Positions 1 through 13,866 of a stretch of 64,000 nt of DNA are shown piece after piece. The DNA is from Flaccisagitta enflata (Eukaryota), in contig OZ231126.1 of NCBI GenBank assembly GCA_965153355.1, positions 44,454,001 through 44,518,000 on the forward strand. The letters run 5' to 3'. The position numbers and the translations under genes are program-made. The stretch's first letter is position 1. Each line of letters opens with the position of its first letter. Below the pieces are notes generated by a model. The model ran no database searches. It was not told the DNA's origin and saw only the letters and a program-made list of their open reading frames with translations.

Positions 1-68
1 TTTTAAGCATATCAAACAAGTCATCCAAGGATCGCACATGGTCAGCTTTGAGAGATCAAGTAAAGAAG

Positions 69-413
69 CAGGCCTGTATATAGTTCCACATTCCCACCCC
101 CGGTGGGGGAGGGGGGCAATTAATCAAAGGGTTGGGAGATGAAGAAGTAAACCTCAGGGGGAAATAAGAGAAAAAAAGAAAATTTGGGGAAAATAAAACT
201 TTTGGCAGTATCAAATTCTAAAAACTGATTGGTAAAACACAATTTAACACTGTTCAAACCTTAAAGCACTGTTTTATTGCCCCAATGGGAAGAAAATTAT
301 AGATTTTGTAATGCAACGCAACTTGTCACAGGGAAGAAAATCAAAGGCAAGGGGGGGGGTGGGGGGGGGGGGAAATTTATCAAAGGTCATGGAACTAACT
401 ATATACACCCCGG
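69..413. mobile_element. hAT-type MITE
   Basis: Termini CAGGCCTGTATATAG...CTATATACACCCCGG; exact 8-bp TSD TAAAGAAG (61-68 and 414-421); second copy at 4777-5090 in the opposite orientation. Confidence 0.85.
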
Positions 414-1141
414 TAAAGAAGTGGAGTGAGATCAGGGCAGCGACCCCAACGAGCCGATATCCTTTAGAACACAGGGGAGAATTTCCAGATGTCCTGAGGG
501 GCATATTTTAGGCTTGGTTGAAGTCCTTAAAGGCGGAATTGAGGTCTGGGGGGCAGATTTCAGGCTTGAAGAATGGATTTGAGGGCTAGAGGGCAGGCTT
601 GAGGCTTAAAGGGCAGATTCGAAGCATAAAGGACTAATCAGAGGGCTTGGAGGGCTAAATTGAAATTTGGGAGGACTAATTTGAGGGCCAAAATCAGGCC
701 TGAAAGTGCTGAAATGAGGCCCCAATGGCCAACTACTATCTAGCTCATAAATATATCGACAAAATGGGAATTAGTTGGTCTATTGACATAGAATTGATAG
801 AAAAATCTTTAGAATCTATCAAATACTTAGTATTGCATATTTAGTTTTCAAAAATTATCTGAGTATGGATTTTCTAAGCATTCTAACACAAATTTATAGC
901 ATAAATGCATGGCAACTCTCCCCTCCTTGTGTGAATTTTAAGACCATTATCTAACAAATGGTGGGTCCTTCCTTTTGCTTCAATTGCAATCCAAATGACC
1001 CAGTGGGGTTGAAATTGACCACGAAAATATAGGAAGTGCTTGGCCTTGTATAGAGGACCAAAAGTAAGGTGAAAAAACCTCTAATCTACTCTGTCACTCA
1101 ATTCAGAAACTAAAAAGAAACAAGATGCATTATTTTTGCCA

Positions 1142-1439
1142 TTTTTAGATGCGTCCGTCAGGAACGCATCTCTATAAGAGGGTCTGTCCGTCCGTCGGTC
1201 CGTCCGTCCGTCCGTCCGTCCGTCCATCGGTCGGTCCGTCCGTCACGCCTGTGCAAAAAACGCGTTTCTCGGCTGTTTTTGGCCACGGTGAGATCCTACA
1301 CTGAAACAAATGATCAACCAACATGTTTTGAGAGTATTTTCACCCGTCAGTTCGTGCATCTGTCTCTCCATACATATGTCACATGATCAATACACGCTGA
1401 GACACAGCCCGGACGCATCGTTGCCTGGTCGGGCTTGTT
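1142..1439 (+). mobile_element. Helentron/DINE-1-like non-autonomous element, family B
   Basis: 5' hairpin GATGCGTCC...GAACGCATC, (GTCC)n tract, 3' inverted copy GGACGCATC and terminal stem GCCCG...CGGGC then TTGTT; T-rich flanks, no TSD; repeated elsewhere in the window. Confidence 0.7.
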
Positions 1440-2069
1440 CAATTTGGGTATCAATTTTGTTTTGCTTGTCAGATCTAAATGCCTTGAGCTAAAATGATGT
1501 GGTTTGCTGCATTCAGTCAGAAATATAAAGTAGTCTCAGAATCTCACTGATTTTTATATGATTTTTTTTATTCTAAATAGAGTTATTGCTTTAAATGCTT
1601 GTCGATATATATATGAGCTAGATAGTAGCGAGGGGAATGGGTGGATGGATGGACGGAGGGACAGATAGACAGAAGGGTGAACAGATGGATGGAAAGATGG
1701 ATGTCTTGATAAACCTTTGTGTCCTGTAGGATATCGGCCCTTGGGGCCGCTGCCCATAAAGATTGCTTACTGAAAATGATTGTTAAGCTTCTATTTCCCT
1801 TCTGATTTCATCATTTTTTAGTTCAAGACCAAGGCCAACAGTTTACCTCTCTAAGGATTAAAGTTTTTGCAGTGTGAACATCCCTGTATGAGGGTACCGC
1901 TGAGCCAACGCCGGATACACGGCCACCAGTTGCGGACGGGTGGGCAGGGGCGGAAATGCGCGTTTTCCCACTTTTCAACTCGAGCGTGACGGACCGACGG
2001 ACCGACGGACCGACGGACCGACCGACCGACGGACGGACAAAGCCTCTTATAGAGTTGAGAGAGAGAGAG

Positions 2070-2124
<55 letters not shown>

Positions 2125-3209
2125 GATTCAAATTACTTGTTGACTTGAAGTGCGCATGTGCTGATCGTCCGTCGGACAGCTCGACAAAAAATGGCGCGGA
2201 ATGGTAATTAGCATCTTTAGAAGGACTTTCACATATCGCCAAATGTCTTGTAGAAAAAAACACAACCAGACAGCGGTGCGTCTTGATCGCCTCTCTGTAT
2301 TTAGTGTGTTTAAAAATGAAATACGTGACATTTGCAGGAAGCGTTGAAAAGCAATAGTTGTCACGTGGAAACAAGAAATTGCGCCTTTTCACACAGTTCG
2401 ATTCCTGTATTACAAACGGACGGATGGATGGACTGACGGACGGACGGACAAAGCCTTGCAGCAAAAAAATGAAATGTGTTGTAACAGATAATAAGAATGA
2501 TAGAAGCACGGACAGACTGATGTACAGATGGACGGAAGATACATCAGACAAACCGTCGGACATTTTTAGACGTACAACTGAAAAGTAAAGAAAATGATGT
2601 GAGAATGAGGAAGCAAATGCTGCTACCGATTCTAACCGCGCCCTACATACATTCATCTCTTCTGAAGTGAAAACTGACAAGTCATTACAAAAAAGTAAAG
2701 ATAAGAATGAGACTAGGCTGATAGGAAGTCAAACAAGGCCGAATACACATGCAATCACTTGGGTTGAGCAGGAGAATTTGCTCAGGAATCATCCTGTCAG
2801 CTGTCGACCTACTTCGCATCATCAAAAAAAAAAAAAAAAAAGAAGCACACACACACAAAAAACAAACAAAAACAAAATAAAACATGTCCCTCACCTATGG
2901 ATCTACGGTCCTACCTACATACTAACAAATACAGCCTCTTATGCTATCACTTTGTAAGCGACTAGAACTGGGGGGGGGGGGGGTTCAGTAGAATAAAGTT
3001 TTAAAATGGTGATCAGAATTTTGAATGAAAAAAAGATATAAGATAAAAGATAGAGAGCACGCGGCCCTCTATGGGTATGAAAGGTTAGATCTATCATATC
3101 AACGCTAGAGAAAATTCAAACAAGGCCGGATAAACCAATAAGCAGTCCCTGGTGGGTGGGCTGGGGCAATAATGCGGGTAGGCAGGGGAAGTTACGCAAG
3201 TGGGCAGCA

Positions 3210-3420
3210 CACTGGGCTGAAATCAACACCCAGCTGGACAAACAGGTCAAAACCACCAATCACCCAAAGACACCCTATGACACTGGGTAGAAATCACCAC
3301 CCAGCAGGATAAACTGGCCAAAACCACCAATCACCACTAAAACACCTTATCCCCCTTCCACACTGGGCTTATATCACCACCCAGCAGGACAAACCGGCCA
3401 AAACCACCAATCCCCAACCA
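3210..3420. repeat. Approx. 70-80 bp tandem repeat, 3 copies
   Basis: CACTGGG..ATCACCACCCAGC.GGA.AAAC.GG.CAAAACCACCAATC recurs three times. Confidence 0.75.
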
Positions 3421-3925
3421 GGCAGCCTACTCCCCTGAAGCTGTATGAGACAGGGCGCGGGTTTAAGTGGGACTGGACAGGGGCAGTAATGCTCAGAAAT
3501 AATGTTTTCATTAGATTTCGCGTCATCCGAATTTACGTTTTCCTTGCCTTCCTATATACATACGGTGCGAAACGTTGATCAAAAGTTTCAAACTATACAT
3601 TCTAATCTCTTGAGGTTGCCTCATCCACAACGTCAATATCGAATTTTGAGCAGGACCTCCACAGAAGAAAACAACTATTAATCAAGATCGGCCTGATCGA
3701 AACTGAAGTCGAGTTCATCCCTAAGAGAGCCTCGAGATTTGAAAACACCCCTTTGTTCCCCCCAAAAACCAACATGGCGGTAGGAAAAGCAGAGAATGAA
3801 TGAGAACTTTGGAACAGAATGAAAAAAAGAGAGAGAAAAACAACTCGGTATCAATAAGGAAGAGAAGAGAATTAGAATAGCATAAAAAGAGAAAAAAAAG
3901 TGTGTGTGTGCGTGTGTGAGAGAGA

Positions 3926-3975
<50 letters not shown>

Positions 3976-4515
3976 AAACAAAAAAAGAAAGAAACAAAGA
4001 AACAAAGAAAGACAGGAAGAAAGAAAGAAAGCAAAAATAAATAAGTAAATGAATGAATGAATGAATGAATGAATGAATGAATGAATGAATGAATGAGTAA
4101 AGGAATGAATGAAAGAATGAATGAATGGACAGCTAAATAAATGAATGAAGGAAAGATAGAGACAAACGACAAAGAAAGAAACAAGAAAAGAAAGAAAGAG
4201 ATGAAAGAAAAAAAAAGACAGAAAGGATCAGAGAAAAAAACTGACACAAAGAAAGAAGGGAAAAAAGAGAAAAAAAAATACAGAAAGAAAGATACTAACT
4301 ATCAAAGATAGAGTGAGTACGGAACATAAAATAAGATATTGACGCAAAGACGGATAGTAGAAGTGATAGACGGATAGACAAGGTATGAAGAATAAAGAGA
4401 AAGTGGAAGCTGTTTCAAAGCTGAATTTTTGGCGGCGGAAATATGAGGCCGAAAAAGGTTTCCAACCTTAACAAGATTTTGGCTTTCTATCAAACTCAAA
4501 GCGCAATCTGTTGAA

Positions 4516-4588
<73 letters not shown>

Positions 4589-4628
4589 TAAAGACAGAGA
4601 CAGAGAGACAGAAAAAGACAGAGATAGG

Positions 4629-4662
<34 letters not shown>

Positions 4663-4776
4663 GCATTGGTAATGAACAATGATGATTTCCAAGATGCGAG
4701 TCAGACAGAAAGACATAAATCATTACCGGGTTTTCAAATTTTAAAATTTCAAACTAAAAGTAAAAAGAAATCTCTT

Positions 4777-5090
4777 CAGGGGTGTATATAGTTGAGCGGC
4801 TTTTGATTTTATTCCCCCCCCTGCCTTTGATTTTCTTCCCCGCGATGCGTCGCGTCGCATTACAAAATGTATGATTTTCTTCTCCACAAAGCAATAAAAC
4901 AGTATATTGTAGGTTAAAATAGTGTCAAACTGTGTTGTAGTAATCAAATTTTACCTTTTTTGGTACTACCAAAAGTGTTAAATCTTCAAAAATTTTCTTT
5001 TTTCTTTTTTTCATTCCCCATCTCCAAACCCTTTGATTTTATTCCCCCCCCACCGGGGGGGGGGGGAATGCTCAACTATATACAGGCCTG
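4777..5090. mobile_element. hAT-type MITE
   Basis: TIRs CAGGGGTGTATATAGTT / AACTATATACAGGCCTG; exact 8-bp TSD AATCTCTT (4769-4776 and 5091-5098). Confidence 0.88.
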
Positions 5091-5934
5091 AATCTCTTTT
5101 AAGGCTTAAGATGCGGCAAGTTAGCAATTGGGCAATCCCACTATCCTAGGACCAGCTGAAAAAATCTGCGGGCAAGATTCACCGGGGCAGATCTTTCACA
5201 ATAATTTTGTAAGCAAGCATTTTGGCTCATAAACGCTGTACAACTGATCATGCATAAATTGCACAAATTACACAAATTACAATGTTTTTTTTTCTCATTC
5301 AAACAATAAACATTAAGTTGCTACGAATTGGACACAAGTAAGGAGACATATGACATGTGCAAAAAAAAGAAAAAAAAAAGAAATAGAAAAACATAGTCAT
5401 ATGTCATATGTGTCTCCTTTCGTAAAAGGCACGATTGTGAGCTCCCTGATTATAAGTGTGTGATTGCTTCACTAGTCTTATGATTAGTTCTCAAATTTTC
5501 TAAAAGTATGATGCTTTCATCATGACTTGTAACTCATCACAACTCCAAACCCTCTCGATTCCATCCCCCTATTTTGATTGCCATTGTCACCTGAACTCCA
5601 TCATCCCCCCGTCGTAACGAGTCGTCACTACACGCTTGACTCATCTTTAAATCCCTTTCATGTCATTTTTTTCTCATTGCCAACTTAGGGACACCAACAG
5701 GATGTACAAAAAAAATCATGTGTATAATGTGTATACTATTGTATTTTTGCCAATTTCTTGAATACCCTGTTATTAACCCCCCGTCACCTTACGTTTAACT
5801 TGCCCTCGTCTTTTCTCCTGAGACTGACAATCTCCCATCGCTCTTTCTCACCCTTTAACATGACCACCCAAAAACTCCTTATCTTCACGCACCCGTCCAT
5901 AATCACCACCGCCTTCGCCGCCACCTACACCATT

Positions 5935-6576
5935 TCACTCTTCCTCATCCCGCGCCCCTCCATAATCACCACCGCCTCCGCCGCCATTTGCGATCGCCGC
6001 CCTCCTTCTGGCCATTTCCACCATTCTGTCGATTCGGTATCGATTCCGTTTGACGCTTCTTTTGATGTTTTCCACTTCCGCTTCGATTCGTTTGACGGTT
6101 CGTTCTTCCTCCTCTCCTCGAGTCGTGATTCGCTGAATCTCGCCCTTGAACAGCACCGAGTCCATTCCGTGTTGCCGCAATTCTTGCTTCAACGCCTGCA
6201 TCCGCTCCTCGATGCCGCCCAACGCGGTCGTCCGCTGATGCGAGACTTGCTTCAGTCGATCCACGTCGTGGACGACTCGATCCAACGTCGTGGACATTCT
6301 GTCGATGAATTGCGGGTTGACCGGACGAGTCGGTTGAGATGAACGATGATGACCGCGATGACGGGAAGAAACGCCGTAAGCATCGTCATCATCTTCGCCA
6401 TCGTTGTGGTTGCGGCTGTAATATTCATCATCTTCGTTGTTGTTCCCGTCCGATGATAACTTTTGCATGATTTGGCGATCTTCCTTACGCAAGATATGGA
6501 GCTTTCTTTGAGTTTGTCGAGCGAAGGCCCGCAGCCGGTTGACGTCTCGTTGCAAAGTCTCCGTCAAGTTGTCAAC
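5935..6576 (-). CDS. Chitin-binding coiled-coil protein, exon 4 (terminal)
   Basis: Acceptor cctcacag|GTT at 6577/6576, phase 0, in frame with ORF 5935..6567; coiled-coil-like sequence; TGA at 5937-5935. Confidence 0.8.
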   Translation of the reverse strand, partial: VDNLTETLQRDVNRLRAFARQTQRKLHILRKEDRQIMQKLSSDGNNNEDDEYYSRNHNDGEDDDDAYGVSSRHRGHHRSSQPTRPVNPQFIDRMSTTLDRVVHDVDRLKQVSHQRTTALGGIEERMQALKQELRQHGMDSVLFKGEIQRITTRGEEEERTVKRIEAEVENIKRSVKRNRYRIDRMVEMARRRAAIANGGGGGGDYGGARDEEE

Positions 6577-6655
6577 CTGTGAGGAAATAAATTTATGTAC
6601 ACGTATACGGTATATGTCATTTCAAGTGGCGGACTGGCGACTCTACAAGCGGTTT

Positions 6656-6943
<288 letters not shown>

Positions 6944-6984
6944 GATTTAGCATTCCTTGGCGACTGTAGACTACTATATGTTAC

Positions 6985-7885
6985 AGGTGGGCGGAGTGGG
7001 ATTAAGTGGCGTATGGTGTTTTATTCCATCAGTGTGAGATGTGATGAGATGTGGAGTGAAATAAAGTGGCGTTCTAGGTTTTTTTTGCCATCAGGGTGGG
7101 GTTTGATGGACAGTGTAGGTGGGTGGAGTGGGATAAAGTTGCGATAGGTGTTTTTTACCATCAGGGTGGGATTTGATGGACTGTGTAGTTGGTGTAGTGG
7201 GATAAAGTGGCGTTAGGTGTTTTTTCCCATCAGGGTGGGGTTTGATAGATTGTGTAGGTGGTTGGCGAGGGATGAAGTGGCGAAAGGTGGTTTTATCTCA
7301 TCAGGGTGTGATTTGTTGGATTCTGTGGGAGGGTGGAGTGGGATAAAGTTGCGTTAGTTGTTTATCCCATCAGTGTAAGATTTTATGGACTGTGTAGGTG
7401 GGTGGAGTGGGATAGAGTGGTGTTAGATATTTTTAGATGCGTCCTCGCATCTCTATAAGAGGGTCTGGTCTGTCCGTCCGTCCGTCCATTGGTCCATTGG
7501 TCCGTTACGCATGTGCTAAAACCACGTTTTCAGCTGTTTTTGGCCGCGTTGAGATCCTTTTCTGAAACAAATGATCAGCCAACATATTTTGAGAGCCTCC
7601 TTTACTATTTAGTCATTCCACCCATCTGTTCATCCATCTGTCTCTCCATATGATCAATACATGCAAAGACACAGCCCGGACGCATCATTGCGCGGTCGGG
7701 CTTGTTTTCCCATCACTATCAAGGTGGGATATGATGAACTGTGTAGGTGTATGTAGTGGGATAAAGTGGTGTTTGGTGTTTTTTCCCATAAGAATGGGAT
7801 TTGATGGGCTGTAAAGGTGGGTGGAGTGGGATAAAGAGGTGTTTGATGGTTTTTTTTTTCCATCAGGGTGGAATTTGATGGATTC
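6985..7885. repeat. Approx. 70-bp intronic minisatellite interrupted by a Helentron-like element
   Basis: Unit CCATCAGGGTGGG.TTTGATGGACTGTGTAGGTGGGTGGAGTGGGATAAAGTGGCG... recurs at about 70-bp spacing (7088, 7158, 7227, 7298, 7367) and resumes after 7709. Confidence 0.8.
7430..7708 (+). mobile_element. Helentron/DINE-1-like element, family B
   Basis: Same 5' hairpin, GTCC tract and 3' end as 1142-1439. Confidence 0.7.
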
Positions 7886-7959
7886 TGCGTTACCAAAACA
7901 GGAATCAATAATGAGGTTCTGCATAATAGTCCCTTTTTGTTGCACATTTGTAGCCAAAC

Positions 7960-8148
7960 CTTTCGGTCGAGTTTTTCGTAATTGACGAAGACGATTCTCA
8001 TGTCCATCATGTCCTCCTTGGTTTTGCGCGCCAACTCGTCCTGATCGCGTTTGAGACCTTGAAAACTCTTTTGCAGGCCTTCGACGGATTCGTTGAGGTG
8101 TTTAGGGTGAAGTGATTTCAAGTCCGTCAACTCAAGGAGGGTTTTCAC
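7960..8148 (-). CDS. Chitin-binding coiled-coil protein, exon 3
   Basis: Acceptor cccaaag|GTG (8149/8148), donor AAG|gtttgg (7960/7959); 189 nt, phase 0 at both ends; VKTLLELTDLK...YEKLDRK. Confidence 0.8.
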
Positions 8149-8393
8149 CTTTGGGCAGGGGTTAAGAAAAGGGGGGCGGTAAGAAGGAAGGGGGGGGGGA
8201 AGATGATGAAGAAGACGAAGAAGAAGGAGACGAGAGAGACGGTATTACGGAATTTCATTGGAACCTATTCATAATCATTCATATTTAGGCATTTTCACAT
8301 GATATGAATCTCATGAATTGGAACTAGAGTCCGGCTGGCCGTGAATCTTTATCTCTTGACAGTTTCTCTTGGTCTTTCTGTCTGTGATTGTCG

Positions 8394-8494
<101 letters not shown>

Positions 8495-8520
8495 CTCTGT
8501 CCAATTTTCCGTTTCCAAAC

Positions 8521-10641
8521 CTGTTGATCATCCTCCTTAAATTCCTGGAACTTATCATCCAGTTTTCTGATTTGCAAAGTGATTTTGGCGTCACTTCTGA
8601 CAAGATGCTTGAGTTCCTCTCTATACGAGTTTAGGATGCGGTTGGCTTGCTCCACGCTTTGGTGGATCTTCTCCACTCTACCGCTTCCCGCCTGCAAATC
8701 GGCGTCGACGGCGGCTTCCCGCTTCTCCGACAATTTGAACATCCTCGTCAAGTCGTTTTCCAACTTCGTCGTCTTGGCGTCCAATCTTTTCGTCGTATTC
8801 TTCGATTGCGTCGTCGCAACATCCAGCTCCTTCGTCAATCCGGCCAAACTCGTCTTCAATCGCTTCAAATGCTGCGCCATGACGCGATCTTTCTCCTTCG
8901 CCGACGCCTCCAAACGCCTCCAAGAATCGACATTCGATTCCGTCGACTTTTTCAAGTCCTTGACGTCCTTTTCCACGGCGACGATTCGGTCGACGCGCTG
9001 TTTGAAGGCCGAATCCAACCCGGCGATGGATGCTTGAAGACCCTCTTCGCGTCGACTCGCCGCGATTTCGCTTTGCCGCAGCGAATCCCTGACGGACCGT
9101 TCCTTGGCTTCCACTTTGACGTTGAGCTTCTCAATTCCGGCCTCCAGTTTTCCGTTCAGAAACAAACTGGCAGATTTGACTTTCTCCAAGATTTCATCGG
9201 ACCATTGCTCCAACTCTCCGCTTCTACTTTGCCCGTCGACGACCCTCTCCACGACTACTCTCCTCTCCTGTCGACTAATTCCGACGTCATCATTGAGCTT
9301 GCTCAACTCAACCTTCAACTTCAACTCTTCGTTGGCATTTTCCAGTTTCTCCAGCCTCTCGAAAACGCGCTTCAGGTCTTCATTTCCGTTCGTTTTCTCT
9401 TCCTTCAACTTCCGGTTCTCATCCTCCAGCGATTCCATCTCGTCGAGACCTTCGCGGACGAGGCGCTTCAAAGCGGAGACCTCGTTCCACAACTCGGTCC
9501 GCTCGCGCAGCACCACGCGCAGCACGTGCTGAAAATCGCGTGAGATCGATGGGAACAACAACTTGGCCGCCAAGTGGTAGTGAGGGTTGGGATGTTGTTG
9601 CATGTTTGGATGTGTGTATTGTCTTGGATTTTGAAGCTGTTGTTTTTCTGGTTCACGTCGTTGTTTTTGTTTTTCCTCGAGTGACGCTTGGGATAGCGAC
9701 GCTGCGTAGGCAGAAGCAGTCGGTAAAGGAGGTGGAGAAGCTGACGAAGCTGACGAAGTTGGAGATTTGGATTTAGAAGCTGAAATAGAGGAGAAGGAGG
9801 AGGCGACGTAGGGAACCTCAGTAGAGAAAGAGTCTAATTTAGTATCTAAAATGGAGGCATCTTCTTCTCCATTTTCGTAGACATACGAACTGACTGAAGA
9901 TGTCTCATTAGAAGAATCGGAAGGGATTTCATTGTTAGCAATCTCTTGATCCATTTCTGATTTCGAAAATGATGTCGCATTTGATGAGTTGAAAGAATGA
10001 GAATTTATCGAATCGAATATTTCAGTCGTCCATTCTGAACCGACTGAAGTAAAGGACATCGTTGAAGCTTCAGTTAAGTCGGCATGTGTTGCGGCAGTAT
10101 CCGATGCGGCATTCACGTTCACTGTTGCAGCCTCTCTAATTGTCTCGTCTGTGGCTTCATCTGCAGTCGTCGTCGTAACTGAGGCACGCAACGCCGTTGC
10201 AGTAGAGGCCTCAGCATCGTCAGCGGTCGCAGTGCTATCGGGGAAGATTGGTAGAGGAGTCGTTGACGCCAATATTAAGAAGTCTTTCTTGGGAGTTGTC
10301 GTTATTGTGCGTTCAGTCAACGCCGATTTCATAGACGGACGAGGAGTAGGAACTGAGAATGAAGTGTGAGTAGGTGTAGAAGGAGGAGGTGAAAAGGAAG
10401 AAGAAGAAGAAGGCGAAAAAGAAGAAGAAGAAGAAGAAGAAGAAGAAGAAGCAGAAGAAGAAGAAGAAGCAGAAGAAGCAGAAGAAGCAGAAGAAGAAGA
10501 GGAAGAAGAAGAAGTAGGCGTAGGAGTGGATGAAGTAGTAGTGGGAGAAGTAAAAGAAGAAGAATCAGCCGCATCGCCATTAGATGATTTATATTGTTTA
10601 GCTTTGCTCAGATAAGCTCGGAAACTACTTTTCTTGTTGCG

Positions 10642-10726
<85 letters not shown>

Positions 10727-10762
10727 TTTCGGTTGTTGTTGTTGTAGTTTTTGTTGTTTTTC

Positions 10763-10843
<81 letters not shown>

Positions 10844-12498
10844 TTGTTGTTGTTGTTGTTGTTTTTGTTGTGGGTCTTTGTGCTGGTGGTCGTTGCTACA
10901 GTCGTGCTTAACGTTTCCGTGGTCGCCCAGTTGATATTGCGCGTGGTCGTCGTCATCGGTTTCACCTTTTCCGTTGCACCTATCGTCTTCGTTTGCTCCT
11001 TCATTTGTTGTCTTTTGTTTTTATTCTGTTTGGCTTCGTTTTTGTTGTTCCTTCTCTTCTTGGTATTTTGTTTTCCTACATTGTTTTTGTTTTTCTCATT
11101 TTGTTTTCCTCCGTCGATCGTTTCCTTTGTTACTTTCTTTTTAGCGCCTTCTTTGCGTCGAATCGATTGCAACATCTTCAATTTAGGCTTCGGCTTGGAG
11201 TCGTTCCTTGACTTGGTTTGTTTGTTTTGTTTCACGATGTTCGCTTTGATTTCATCAAGATTCCCTCCATCGGATGAACCATCCGCGATGCTCCTAGTTA
11301 CCTCATTCTTTTGTTGTTTTGGCCGAATAGGCACAGATTCGTTTTCATTTAGTTCGTTTCCAGGTGTCTCTTGTTTACCTTTCACAAGAGCAGGTACGTT
11401 TTGTTTCTGTTTGATGCGAGAAGGTTGTTTTTGTTTTTGTTCCGCAGGAGCAGGTTCTTTTTGTTCCTGTTTCGTTAGAGCTTGTTCCTTTTGTTCCTTG
11501 TTCGTTAAAGCGGGTTTTTGCTCTTCGATTTGTTTCATGTGCTCAGCCACATTGTTTTCTTTTCCTTCCTCCTGTTTTCGATTTTGGACCAGAGCGTCCA
11601 CATTTTTACCCTCAGTTGGCTCAACGTCCTCCTCCCCTTTATTACCTCTCGGCATGGCTATCTTCAGTTCCTCTGCTGCTGCGTCGCTTCCCGCGCTAGC
11701 GCTTTCGCCGATTCTCTGTCCCTTTTCATCGTCGTCTTCAACCCCCTCCTCCAATTTTCCATTCAGATCTCCTTCATCGAGTTTCCCATTTGGATTCGCC
11801 TCTTTGACCTCTTTTTTGGCATCAATCACGCTCGTGGAAAACAAGTAATTGTTTTGCTTCAACATTTTCTTCGGGACTCGAATTCCGAATGATCTTCGAG
11901 TTTGAATGTTACCGCCGGAAATCCAAGGAGCGTCGGCGGTAATTCCTTTCGCCGCCAAGTCCGCTGCGTGAGCGTCGGCGTCGACCGTAGAAGCATCGAT
12001 AACACCCGCGCCGATTTTCGTGTAAGCGTCGCCATTCGCATCCACGGCGACGTTTAAGCCCGCGTCGACGTCAGCATCGCTCACTCGATACGCGGAAGGA
12101 TCATCGCCTTGAAGTTGGTAATCGAGATCATCGTCCGTTTTCGCCGCCTTCTCCTCCTCCTTATCGGCGTTTCTCGCGGCTTCCTCGACATCGTCGAAAC
12201 TGCCAACGCTTTGTCGACTGCTTCTCGGATCGTCACCCGCGGGAAGCAGTGATCCAACGACCGACCTTAAAAGTTCCGTTAAGTCGGCACGAAAGAGAGA
12301 AGTCAAATCTCTGTTCCATGGATTGAATGAGGAATAAGAGGTGGGAGATGAGGGAGAGGAAGAAGAGTAGGGAGAGTCTGACGAGGCTAGGGAGTTCGGG
12401 GAGGAGGAGAAGGAGGAGGAGGAAGAGGAGTCGGCGCGACGATCATATTCAACGATGAGCCGGCAGAGGGAATCGGAAGCGTCTGTCACCGGTTCGCA
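8521..12498 (-). CDS. Chitin-binding coiled-coil protein, exon 2 (3978 nt)
   Basis: Acceptor (CT)n-ccag|TGC supplies Cys5 and Cys6 of the CBM14 domain; open frame of about 1.3 k codons with acidic, Lys/Gln-rich, poly-Asn, Ser/Thr mucin-like and heptad regions; donor CAG|gtttgg at 8521/8520. Confidence 0.88.
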
Positions 12499-12501
12499 CT
12501 G

Positions 12502-12565
<64 letters not shown>

Positions 12566-12854
12566 AGAAGAAGAAAGAGATGAGAAACAAGAAACAGCAG
12601 AAAGGAGGGCGGAAAGGCAAGACAGACAGAGACAGAAAGAAAGTAAAGAGGTCAAACAGAAGAAAAGAAGAAAAGAAGAAGAATGAAGAAGAAGAAGAAG
12701 AAAAGAAGAAGACAGACAGGGAAGATATTGAAGAGAATGAGGCAGCAGTAGAAAAGAAGAAGAAGGGAGGGAATGAAACTGGCAGGAAGAAAGAAAGACA
12801 GACAGACAGACAGAAAACAAAGCCAAAAGAGAATGAGAGCTGAAAGAAGAAGAA

Positions 12855-12898
<44 letters not shown>

Positions 12899-13007
12899 CT
12901 GATCACCAAACAAAGCAAATGTGAAATCTGAAAGACAGAAAGAACGAGTTTATCTAATTATAACACAAACACACACACACACACACACACACGAACTTTG
13001 AATTTAC

Positions 13008-13367
13008 CGATTGCGTTTTGACGTTAAATTGACCCTGATTTTGGCATTTTTGCTGCGAGAAGATGAATAGTCCGTCTTTGATGTGGCGACATTCGAAGAA
13101 GCTGTCGCACGAATCGGGATCTCCGAAGTGACCCGTCGACGGACATCGGAACGGCTTCGATGCTGTCGTCAACGTCGCGAGGCTGAGGAGGAGAATGAAG
13201 AGGAGGATCAGGAGGAGGCGGAGATGAAATTTCAAGGATGTGGTGGAAGCAAACGGTCGGCTGAAAGGTGGTGGGGTTTGAGAGCGTTGTGATGGAGCTG
13301 CAATGGGGGCGCGAGGCGAACGTAGACAACCTCGCCGCATCCTCGGAGTCATGGTTGAACCGTTCAT
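13008..13367 (-). CDS. Chitin-binding coiled-coil protein, exon 1 (hydrophobic leader + peritrophin-A/CBM14 domain start)
   Basis: ATG 13367 (alternatives 13352, 13340); LRLLLLILLFILLLSLATLTTA hydrophobic segment; CPSTGHFGDPDSCDSFFEC...C...FN..TQS|C...C gives C-x11-C-x5-C-x14-C-x12-C-x10-C after splicing at TCG|gtaaat. Confidence 0.85.
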
Positions 13368-13641
13368 TTGTCCGTATCACTGGATCTCTCCCTTCATTCG
13401 TTACTTTTCATTTTCTTTTCTCCTTCTCTGTTCATTTGTTTTCATTCATTTTCTCTTTTTCACTTCATTTGTGTTTCATTTAAGTTTTGTTCTCGGCTGA
13501 GATTTTTCGTTGAAAGGAAACGATGGAGGAAATAAAAGACCGGAATAAGAAAATCAAAAGAATGAAGACTCTCTCTCTCTCTCTCTCACTCACTCACTCA
13601 CTCACTCACTCACTCACTCACTCACTCACTCACTCACTCAC

Positions 13642-13866
<225 letters not shown>

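Noticed and set aside
3615-3779. Possible plus-strand exon (VASSTT...KTNMA)
   Set aside because: Weak GAG acceptor, no recognisable homology and no partner exons found.
8579-11892. Long plus-strand ORFs (8647..9543, 10751..11848 and others) and 5758..6342
   Set aside because: Antisense shadows of the minus-strand chitin-binding gene; no independent domain or splice support.
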